DNA of 63,837 bases, the filler included, from Raillietiella orientalis (lineage: Eukaryota): assembly GCA_036172245.1 (NCBI GenBank). It is 4 parts of 4 records of this genome, joined end to end, with 100 filler letters (N's around TTAATTAATTAA, not from the genome) between each part and the next. Parts side by side here need not be neighbours in the genome. Positions count along the whole stretch, not along the records: positions 1 to 18,000 come from JAYWIR010000242.1; 3 more parts are not named here. One strand, written 5' to 3'. Positions 1 to 10,404 of the stretch are shown piece by piece. The translations under genes and the position numbers were made by a program. The stretch's first letter is position 1. Each line of letters begins with the position of its first letter. The notes below the pieces were generated by a model, which was given only the letters and a program-made list of their open reading frames with translations, was not told the DNA's origin and did no database searches.

Positions 1-749
1 CTTAAGATCAGCGGCAGCAATATTGCCCGTGAGCAAGGTTGACATTTGAAATTTCTGTTTGGTGCTGATTCAACTGGTTGAATGTTTGTGTAGTTGGTTT
101 GGTGGTATTTCTGTATTCTTGAATTCGTGTTTGCTTTTCAGAATCTGCTGTGTTGATTTGTTTTGGTTCATTTTTTTGGTTTGGTACATATGGTATTCTT
201 TTTGTGTGTTATTTTGTTATTGTGATTGTAAAAAATCTTTTTTATCGACATTTGGGATTCTTTCGTTTGCTTGCCCTCTATTGGCGGTTTTTTCAACTTT
301 TGTTATTTCATTCTTCCAAGTATGAGAGTGTGTTAATGTTATTTGTATTTTTTTTTAGTTGTTTTTGAATTTTCAATTCTAAGTTTTTGATTTCTATTTT
401 ATTCCTGTTTTAGTGTGAGCGTTCTATTGTCTTTCCTTGTTTTTTTTTTTCTTTTGCGTTTACTAGATGGCGTTTTCTTCTCTTTGATCGTTTAATGGTT
501 TTTTTTTCCTCGACTGTTGTTCCGAAAGCAGTTGGTGGTGATGTTAATTTAGGTATTTGGTTTCTTTTGTGTTTGTTTTTTGTTTATGTTTCTGTCTTGG
601 AAAATTTCGCAATGGACGTTCAAGGTTTGTTTTCTCTTTATCGAGTATTCTTCTCATGCTTTTCCTTATTGGTCGTTTAGGCACCCATTGGAGCATGGAT
701 TGCGTAAATTCTCGCTTTGAGCTCGTTGGTGATATCCCTCCGTTGGAGC

Positions 750-1650
750 TTCAGTACTTTTTCCTCGCCTGGTATGTCGTGTGATTACTTTTTGCGGTGA
801 TTGATCTGTGCGACTTTCGAAGGTATGTTTGTTGTTTATCCATTTCGAGGATAACAGAAGTAGGATTTCTAAGGTTGACGATGTTTGCAGGTATATTCCA
901 AGAACGAAAATCAAGTCGTTGCCTTTCCGTTAAGGACGACTGGCTTGAGAACTGTGTACACAGCTTCCAGGAGGTGTCATTTTGGAACACAACCCTTCGT
1001 TCGACGCGAAGATCAATCTGGCTTCGAATTTCTGTGTCCACGTTTGCAGGAGTGCAGGATGCGGTCCGAGCGGTGCTCCCAGCGCGAGACTGCGACTCGC
1101 ATCGTTCTCGAAGTTTCTCACGACCTCTTCGGAGAGGCGTGTACATGCGGTATGGATCACTCGTACGCACGGTTGAACTCGCGCGGAAACCACACACTTG
1201 TAAGGCAGACATCCTATTCGAAATTCGGCAGCAGATACTTGGCGTTCCTGAAGACGTAGACTTCTCTAAAGAGTGTTCGGCACTTTGCAAGACGTATCCA
1301 CGAAGTGATGTTGTTGAAGTGGTCGGACAAAAGGGGTGTACTGTACCTCAGTACAGTACGTGGCAATCTTACTCTGCTGTGCTATGTGTGTGATGCTATT
1401 CTTGATTGGAGGATTGATGGCGTTACTGAATAGCTGTAATGCAGCTCTCGATATTTGTTGCTGTTATGCCAAGGAAGCTTCAGTCTTTTCTTGTATTTCC
1501 CCATTGGCTTTTTGGACACTGTCGACCTTTCCCGGATGTTCTTGGCCACATCTTTTATGATGTACCGCTAGGTTTTTAAGGGGCGCCCCTCTGCTTGAGA
1601 ACGTAATCACGCGTCCTCGCGATGCAGTTAAAGTCTTTACAGCTTTGCAG
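750..1650 (-). mobile_element. Highly degraded LTR-retrotransposon (Ty3/gypsy-like) integrase remnant
   Basis: Minus-strand fragments in changing frames follow integrase order: HHKRCGQEHPG (H2C2 zinc-binding HxxxxHPG-like), LGAPLGPHP..QKFEA (GxPxxIxSDxGxxF-like), SSQSSLTERQ (PQSNGxxER-like). Many stops and frameshifts. Boundaries approximate. Confidence 0.4.
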
Positions 1651-2360
1651 TCTCCGCAGCTCACTTGGCTATTTCTTCCCCTTGTCTGGTACATCATTGA
1701 CCTTTTGCATCAATGCGCTGCTTCTGCTCCTTTTGGTTTCTTATCCTGACTTGCCTATTAACGTTGTATGCTCGGCTACCTTTCGCTGGTCCCAAGTCTT
1801 CCTGTCTTTTACAAAGTGTTTTTCAAGGCTCATGTTTTGCATTTGCTGTCTTCTGTCGAATCCATCTGCTTATTGGTTTTTTCAGCAAGGTGCCTTTCTG
1901 CTACAGAATTTTCTTGTTGTCCTGTTGGTCCAATTGTGGCACTGGGGTTTGAAGACGGCAGTGAAAACGAAACGTCGCTTCTCAGAGACATGCATGCGTC
2001 GTAAAAGAGTGAGCTGTAAAACGAGTCTATCGGAAGGCAACAGGCGATAAAAGAGGTGACCGACATTTCCAGCGACTGACCACTTCGCTCCTGGAAGCAT
2101 TCAGAAAGTAAAAGAAGGCCATGTGCAAGCGTACGAGGTGCTCTTTTGGTGCAGTCGCGAATTGGAGGACGCGCGCCATCGTTCAAAAAAAGAGGAGCCA
2201 AGTCTTGTAAGACGGAAACGCTGGGAATGGAAATCACGTTGTCCAGATAGCACAATGCGGCCCACCTATCTGGCAGTCGAACGCGTTTTTTGTGAGCTCC
2301 CGCGAGCGAAACAAAAACCGGTTTTCTTGAGTTTCGAAACGCGACAGTTGGAAGTCAGGG

Positions 2361-3985
2361 ATGCCTGAAGTCGCAGCAGCACCTGCGACGGAAGGCGTGA
2401 GACTAAGGTCCCCCCAACCTATAGAGGTGGTGACATGCCCCACTAGAAAATCAGCCCCCGCAACCCTGGCTAGGGCTTCGAATAAAGTGGCCGCGACGGC
2501 TCTGCTAGACGTGGCTGCAGAAGTGCAAGGCTACATCAAAGAAGGCTACAACAGAGCCCTGCTGTACAAGTTAGGGAATTTATACTCACCGCTAACTAAG
2601 CAGAAATTTAGGAACGCCATCCGTAGCATGGGCATTACAGCGAAGGAGATACTGTGCTTCTCGATCCGGAGCGGAGGGCAGTTCGCGGAGCTGATCTGCA
2701 GAGATGCAGCGCTCACGCACAAACTGCTCTGCACGCCCGTTTCCTTGGAAGGGCGGAATCTCCTCCCACACACGGTGGATCACTCGATAGTGATTCACCT
2801 TACAGGAACAACGGTGCGGATGAGCGTTGAAGCCATCCGCACTGAAATTAACAAGTTCGCTGAGATTTACGCGATGTGGAAGAAGCCCAACGCCTTCACA
2901 TATAGAGGCGCATTTAGTAAGCGACTAGCCGCTCGCGTAACTCTCCGCGAAAACATTGAAATTCCCCACAAGCTGGAGATTAACGACGAGCTCGTTGATC
3001 TCTGGTACGTAGGGAAACAAAAATACTGCGGGCTGTGAAACACGTTTGGTCATCTCAAAAAGAGATGCCTGAACGCCACATGCCCAACGTGCGGTAATAA
3101 GGGCCACACAAGAATTATGTGCCCGAAAAACGCCGCTACAACGCTTAAAACCCCTATTTTAAACGAGGGAAGAAGGCAGAAAAACAAACAATCAGCGACC
3201 AACAGCCAAACTCAGAAGAAGCCGAACAAAAGGAACAGGAGACTCAAAAGAAGACTTCTGAACCAACCGTCGGCAAGGAAGGCTGGAAATTAGTCGCCAA
3301 CAAGAAAACAAAAAATTAAAATTTCAAGAATGAGAAACCTAAAAAATCTACAAATCAGAACGCGAGCAAATCGAAAAAAACCGCGAACGGCGCAAAAAAA
3401 ATTACGCCGCGCAAAATAATAAAGGAATGCCGCGTTAACATCGAGCGCGTTCCGTCGATCGAACGTCGATCGGCAAACGCGACTCCCGCAACCGTCGCGA
3501 ACGCCTCGGAACCGCCAAAGGAAAACTGCGACAAAGACGCGAGCAGCAGCGATGACAAAAGTTTTGAGAAGGCGACGGAGGAACTCGCGGCCACCTGAAT
3601 GCAGCCGCCTAAGCTTGCAAAGAAGGCTGTGAGACGCCCGGCGGAAGCCAAAGGACCGGAAACTTCCGATTCCGAGGCGCAAGCCGGAAACGCTCCCACC
3701 GTCGCCCTCCCGAAGAGGAAGGCGGGCCGGAAGTCCCGCAACCCTATGCGCGTCGCTGCCCCTCAGGCTCAGGAGGAGGAAATGCCCTCGGGTAGCGAGG
3801 AGGCGATGTCCGCGAGGTCGCGGGATCCTTCCGTGGAAACCGCCCGGTCCGATCTTCCGATCGACCTCAGTCCGGCTGCCGACGTTCCAGTCGTTTCGGA
3901 AACGCCGTCCATGCAGGTGGACATCGACCAGCCGCCTCCCGAACAGGAGGCGGCTACACAATCGCCACCACCATCATTAGCATGA
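2361..3985 (+). pseudogene. ORF1 (gag-like, CCHC zinc knuckles) of Tx1/L1-like element family A
   Basis: ORF 2361-3038 is homologous to ORF1 of family X (YIKEGYNRALLYK vs YVAQGYRPALRYK; LEINDELVDLWY vs LQVNDTVIHLWH). It is followed by disrupted CxxCxxxGHxxxxC knuckles at ~3027-3122 and a low-complexity tail. Its stop overlaps the ORF2 start (ATGA, 3982-3985). Confidence 0.8.
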
Positions 3986-4452
3986 TGCGTGCAATCGCCT
4001 CTTGCCGGCAGCTGCGTATAGCCTGTTGGAATGTCAACGGGCTGCGTAGCGAAAGCAAGAGGCGTAGCGTGGCCGACACCCTGCGACCTTTCGACCTGGC
4101 AGTTTTTCAAGAGGTTCACGCCCTCAGGGAAGAGGACGTCCAGGAGATCGAGAGGCTCACAGGGGAAAGGCTACTTAAACGATCCGCTGGAGACCACTCC
4201 CGCGGAGTGGCCTTCCTGCTGAAGCCAGCCGTCGCAAAGGCAGTGCGCAGTGTACAGTTCGCCAAGGAAGGTCGAGTTGGGCAAGCTGTTCTCAAGTGGT
4301 CCGACTCGATCGACCACGTGGTCACGAACTTATACGCGCCCTGCAGCAGCCACAGGCGCGGAGAACGCACTGCGTTCTTTGAAGCCCTGAGGCGAGACTC
4401 GTTGGCCAAAGCAGGCGTGCGGCGGCCGCACCTGATAGCGGGAGACTTCAAT
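3982..4452 (+). pseudogene. ORF2 N-terminal APE endonuclease of family A, cut off exactly after the GDFN codons by element X1
   Basis: LRIACWNVNGL, FQEVH, NLYAP and LIAGDFN APE motifs. GGA GAC TTC AAT occupies 4441-4452, then the sequence switches to the X 5' end (CGAGTGCAGACGTG). Confidence 0.9.
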
Positions 4453-4531
4453 CGAGTGCAGACGTGTTATTCTTCGCTCTCTTCTCCGTGATTTCATCCG
4501 CTTCATCTTGGTGTCGTGCATTTTGACGACG

Positions 4532-6491
4532 ATGTCGACCAATCCCGAAGCTACTGAAGTTGGAGGTATAGCGTCCGGATCTGCAATCGCGGAACCGACG
4601 GCCTCCTCCTCTTCATCTGCCTCGCCAATGGAGAGGAGTCTTGCTGACGTTGCTGCCACAGCAGCCGTCAAAGGGGGACCACTCGACGAGAAGGAGCTGC
4701 AAGCATACGTAGCTCAAGGCTATAGACCTGCTCTCCGATATAAGGTGAGTGGTTTTCTTTCTGCGCGCGACAGGAAACAGTTCAACGATGAACTGATCCG
4801 TGTTGGCGTGCGGGAGGAGGACCTCCTCGCTATTATGCCCGTAAAAGATATGGGCTATTACAAGGTGCGTTGCAAAGACGCTGCACTTGTGCAAAGCTTG
4901 CTGCGCACCCCGTTGTCGATCCGTGGCCAGAACGTCTTCCCGTCTAATATGGATGAGTCGTTCATGGCGGAGCTTTACGGCATCGAACCGGAAACTTCCG
5001 ACCGCGAATTGGGGACTGTCGTAGCAAAATTTTCCACGGACCATGCTCTGTGGAATGCTTGAAGCACCCTTAAGGACTTCCCATCCATCGTCAGCGGTAG
5101 TGCCGCGGTTCGACAAACCATGTCGGACAGCCGGCTTCTACCCTCTAAGCTGCAGGTGAACGACACGGTCATTCACCTGTGGCATGCTGGCAAGCCTCGA
5201 CTATGCGAGGGATGCGGCGAAGAAGGGCACTATCCACAAAAGTGCCCTTCTGGTAAATGCCGCTATTGCAAGGAATCCGGGCACAACTTCGAGCATTGCC
5301 CGGATCTTGCTAGAAAAAAGGCAGCCGCAAAGCATCAACGCTCGCAATACGTCGCGAAAACGAAAAACGCGGCAGACGAAAAACAGTGCGCACGGGTTAA
5401 GTCTCGTTCCGATGAGAAGCGAAATGCCGGACAACAGCAGGGGTCCTCAACGTTGTAGCCCCTCGCGTCCAACTTAGCGGCAGGAAAGCTGCAAAAAAAA
5501 TAACGCGGAAGATCAAAGGACGACTCCAGAGCTCGTGTCAACGATCGTGCAACTGCGGTTTCAACCCAGGGCCAAACAAAGGCCAAGGGAAAAGAACCCC
5601 TGAACGGCGATCGCGGTCAAGTGGAAAATGAACATTCCACGACATTGCCCCCTTCAAAGCCGAAGAAGCCCAATGGCCAAAAAAAAAAAGGAGGCCTTCG
5701 TTCCGAATTCGGAAACCGGAAAAAATAATCGCGCGCCTTGCGGCAGCACCACGCCAGCGGAGAACCGCTCTCCATGCACACCAACGGTGAGCAAGCTCCC
5801 GACTGACAGGGATGCCACCCCGACGGAGACGACAACGCCAGTCACGCATGCAGCGCCTCTGCCGGGCGAGGAGCTAACCTCAGGAGTTCTCCCGACGCAA
5901 CAGATTGCCTTCCAATACGGCGAGAACGACTGGACGGTTGTGGAGAGAAGCGGTATGAAAAAAGCTTCAAAAAACGCTCTACAGCATCCGTCGAAAGCGC
6001 TCCTGAAGGCAAGGAACTCTCGAGTGATGAAAATGACTCGCGCAAATGTTCCTCGTGCAATATCGCGGTCTGATGCTGACATCGCGCGAGTTGTAAAAAC
6101 AGCCACCGAAAAAAGCGATGCCACATTACCAAAGAGCGCAAAAACGATCGCGGTCCAACGAAAAGACAGCCGTTGCTCTTCGCGTACCGCGAAAAGCGAG
6201 TCACGCGAACGCCATACAGACTCCGCATCGGAGAACGACCCGGTTTCCGAACGTCGAGTAACTCTTTCGGAAACGGAGTCGCGTCGCGTAAAAGCCGGCA
6301 GGCAGGAGAATACCGCCGCGGAGCAGCTTGAGTTCGTCGTAAAATCCGAGAAGAAGACACATGGGGTGGGCACCTCAACTGCATGCAGTACGACGGTGGA
6401 CGGTGGCGACCGTCCCCTTCAGCCGGTCGTGCTGCTCGCAGTCCGCTCGCCGGATAAAGCGTGCGAAAAGCCGCCGCCTTCCCAGCAGTAA
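4532..6491 (+). pseudogene. X1 ORF1, nucleic-acid-binding protein with two CCHC knuckles
   Basis: CEGCGEEGHYPQKC and CRYCKESGHNFEHC; long basic/Ser-Thr-rich tail; interrupted by stops and frameshifts. Ends in a TAATG overlap with ORF2. Confidence 0.85.
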
Positions 6492-9400
6492 TGCGGGGAA
6501 TAGCATCTTCTCGGCGTCTGTCCGTCGCGTGTTGGAACGTGAACGCACTGCAGAACGACGAGAAGAGGCGGTTAGTTGTTAACGCCTTGCGTCCCTTCGA
6601 CCTCGTGCTCTTGCAGGAAATTCACGTGATCTTTGAAGACCAGGCAGCCGAAATCGAGGAGCGCGCAGGCGGAACGCTACATTGGCGGTTTGGCGATGCC
6701 CACACGTGCGGCATCGCGTTGCTCGTAATAGAAAAAATTACGGAAGCAGTGCGGGGTGTTCGTTTCGACGACGAAGGACGGGTAGGCCAACGTGTCATCA
6801 AATGGTCCGAGTCCATCGATCTTGTCGTTACGGACGTCTACGCGCCCAATGGTTCTCGCTACCTCGAAAAAAGAGTAGCTTTCTTTGGTGAGGTACAGAG
6901 CTACTGGCTCAACGACTTAGGCCACCAAGTGGCGCACCTCGTCGCGGGGGACTTCAATGTCCACCTGCTCCCCGACGATTGGAGCCGCCTCAGAAAGCGC
7001 GCGCTGCCCATCGAGATGTGCGCGTCGGTGCACGCCGCAAACATCATGGTCAGCGAACCTGAAATGGAAAGATCGCTCGATCATGTTTTCCTCGATGAAA
7101 ACCTGCATTCGCGTGAGGGTAGGAGAGGAAGATTGTTGACTGGGCTTTCTGATCATCACAGGTTGGAGTTTGAGCTTCTTCCGCCAGGCAAGGGGCCTCC
7201 GTTGCAAAACTGGAGGATGTAGGCGGATTGGCTTAGCCATCCGGAGGCTGCAGGGCATCTCTGTGAACACCGTCGAGGCTTCGCCATTCAAGAACTCGCG
7301 GACTGCGACCATCTCAAAAGATCTGTTCGCGAGTTCTGCTGCCAATTCCCCTTGCCCTAGCTTCCACGCGGTTTCGGAAAAGGCGTGGACAACAGCACAC
7401 ACTTTCTGCAGGCTTGCAAGTTTTCCAGACGCGCGGATGTCAGGCGTCTCGTGGAGTACAAGAAGAGGGCCGAGCCCCAGGTCTGGCAGTCCGGAGCAGC
7501 ATGCCTGTTGGAAGAAAAGTGCCAGGAATGCTCGGCCCCAGCCGAAGTACACCGCATTGTAGAACGCTACTACTCCTTGCTGTACGCGGAAACCCCGACG
7601 GAGGATATTCTCTCTGAGATACTCTTGTCGCAGGATGCTCGTGTCGTCGGCGAGCAGGAACGCGAACATCTCAACGAGCCCTTCACGGCGGATGAATTCT
7701 CGTCCTCCATTGCTGGGCTGAAGAGACGAAAGGCGCCAGGCGAGGATGGACTCCCTGCAGAGTTTTCTCATTGCTTTGCAGTATAGCTCATCCCTTTGAG
7801 GCTGAGACTCGCGTCGCTGATGAGGGAATCCAAGAACGTCCCGGATTCCTTCCGCTCAGCGTAGGTGCGTCTCCTACCGAAAAACGGAGACTCGCGCCAA
7901 CTTAACAACTGGCGTCCGTTCACCTTGGTGAACTCGGACGTCAAGTTGTTTTCCAAGCTGCGGGTCGCGCGATTAGGAAGTATCGCGGAATCTGTGGTGA
8001 GCCCGGAACAAACCTACGCCGTTCCCGGACGATCCATGGAGGCGAACATCCTTTTCGCGCGTACCTGGATGCAGATGCAGGAAGTCGTGGCGCGGCAAAG
8101 CCTGGCTGAGGCGAAAGTCGCAGCCGCATGCAAGAAGAACAGGCGCCGAAGGCAGAAGGGCACGCCATGTGCCTTGGCGGTCGCAGTCGACCTCCGCAAG
8201 GCCTTCGAGTGCGTAAACCAGGGGCTCCTCTTGGAGCTTCTGGAACGCCTTGGATTTCCGGCGCATCTCCTTCTTTATTTGCACGCTTGCTGGCGTCACG
8301 CGCTAACCTGTATTTCTTTCAGCAACTGCCGCGTGTGCGGTATTCCCGTGCGCAGAGGCATTCGGCAAGGTGATAGCTTCAGCCCGTTGCTCTTCAGCAT
8401 CTTGTTTGAGTTGGTGCTTAGAGCATACAGAATGACGCTGTCTCACTTGCCAAGCTCCTGCCCGAAAACGCCTGCCGTGGCCGCCTACGCTGATGACCTG
8501 CTTCTTCTGCTCCCCATGTCAACCCGGCATCCAGTGTCGAGGATTTCTTCGACCTGATGCGTCGGGGAGCGGGCGTGAGCGTGAACAGAGAGAAGAGCGT
8601 GGTCGTTCCTGTGGGTACGTCGTGGGAGGGGCAGTCCGACTGGATCCGCCTGGGGATCCCCACGGACGGGTACTTTGAGTACCATTGCGTTTTGTGGCGC
8701 GATCTCGGCGCAGCCGAAGGGTGGTCGGACTGCCTTCAGAAAGCAGAGTTGGTTGTCAGCCCGTTCATCAACGGCAAGTTTACCTCGCAGGAACGGGCGA
8801 CTCTTTGGAACACCTTTGTGGCCCCCCTCCTCCGTCCCCTGTTTTATGTTTTGGACCCCCCCTCTGCGGCAAAACAGCGGGCTGAACGCGTGCTTAGAAA
8901 CGCTTTCTGGGGTCCGGGGAGACCCAGGATCCGCCTTGAAGACTTGGGTGCTCCACGTCAGGATTTTGGTTTCGGTATCCTGTCAATGGAGCGAATCGGA
9001 CTGCAGGTGCAGTTCCGACTGCTGGCACTGTGTGCCCAGCTGTGTACATCTCCCCTGTGTTTGCCTGCGCGCATTCTCCTGCGAAGATGCGCCGGCAGCG
9101 GAGTACTGCTCTCGCTTTTGCCGGGCACGCAATACAGGAAGCGAGGTTTTGGGCTTCCATAGCGGCAGTTGAACGCACTTCTGGAAGCCCATTCGTGGAT
9201 CTCCTGCCGCCCAATGAACTTCGAAGCTTGGCGGCAGGAGTCTGTTAAATCCTGGGCAGCGTTCCAACGAATGCGCCCTGGAGATCTTCGCCCCCTGCGC
9301 CATCTTCTTTCCCGATCTTTGGAAGAAGTTCTGCAGGACGAGGTGAAGTTTTCTACCCTGGATGCCACGCCTCTCGCCGCAGCGCTGTCTGCCTTCTAGG

Positions 9401-10082
9401 CAAGAAACGACAGTTGCGAACCGGCATGGTGGGAGGTTTCCTGCACGATAGCGGGGAAAACAAAACTTCTTGGCGCCTAAAAGACGAGTGATTTGGCGGA
9501 CGTTGCCACTCCTCGTTGTACTTCAAAGGGACTCCTCCGGTGGGCAGAAGAACTTGCTGTCACCCGCGAAGAACGTCTAGTGCCTCCACAGTGCGTTGAC
9601 AGTTCGTTGCTTTCCCTTGCTTGGAAACAAGCCGTGTTGCTTTTCGTTCACTGGGGTTTTCAGTGCAACGAGCGTTGGCATCGAGACTCCGGGGACTTGC
9701 ATCTGCCAACTGCGTACGGTGGGGGTCGACGGAGTCGATCCCGCACCTACTTCTGGACTGTGGTGTCCCACAAGCTCTGTAGCGTAGGCTGGCAACAGCA
9801 CTAATGCATCCCGTGGACACCGCAAAAGACTTGCTGCGACGATTCTTTACGCCGATCGGGCTGTCCCTAAGCGCAAGGATTGCAAACATCGGTTGCATAC
9901 GCGCGATAGTTACCGTCCGCCATGCGTTGGTAATGAATGGGCAGCACCAAAAGTTAATAGGCAAAGCATCCTTTTACATGGAAGCAACCGCTAGATGACC
10001 TCATTTGACAGAGGAGTCAAAAAGAAATCTCGCCGAAATACACCGCCGGTTTACACAAGCTCAGCAGCGGCCAACCCGGTGA
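6491..10082 (+). pseudogene. X1 ORF2: APE endonuclease - reverse transcriptase - C-terminal Cys/His domain
   Basis: VACWNVNAL, LQEIH, YAP, AGDFN, LDHVF, SDH (APE); KAPGEDG, NWRPFTLVNSDVK, DLRKAF, GIRQGDSFSPLLF, AYADD (RT); HWG plus a Cys-rich C-terminus. Multiple in-frame stops. Confidence 0.92.
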
Positions 10083-10404
10083 TCATTACCCTACCCTCCA
10101 TGAACTGATTTGGTATTTTCTTTTCACACCGGCATCCCCATAGGCTCCGCAACATTTCAGGTGTCCCCCGTTTAAATCCCCGTGAGTACGAAGCCTAACC
10201 AAAGACCCGTTACCCTTCCCCCCAGTTTTTGAATTTTGTTTGTTATCCCCTTATTCTTCCTACGTTGCGAGCGGTTTGTTTTCCAGGTTTGCGTGCCGGC
10301 TTTCTCTCTATGTTTGCTGTCCTTCTGTTGGTTCAGGACATTGTCTCTGACGAGTTTATTATTATTATTAAACGCCCCGGCGTGACCGGGTGATAAACAT
10401 GAAT

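Larger units (their letters stand above)
4453..10396 (+). mobile_element. Full-length, decayed Tx1/L1-like non-LTR retrotransposon, family X copy 1
   Basis: The 5' end CGAGTGC(A/G)GACGTGTT is shared with copy 2 at 10405. The 3' end ...AAACGCCCCGGCGTGACCGGGTGATAA is shared with copy 3 at 17487-17516. Two ORFs. Flanked by ACTTCAAT (4445-4452) and ACATGAAT (10397-10404). Confidence 0.93.
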
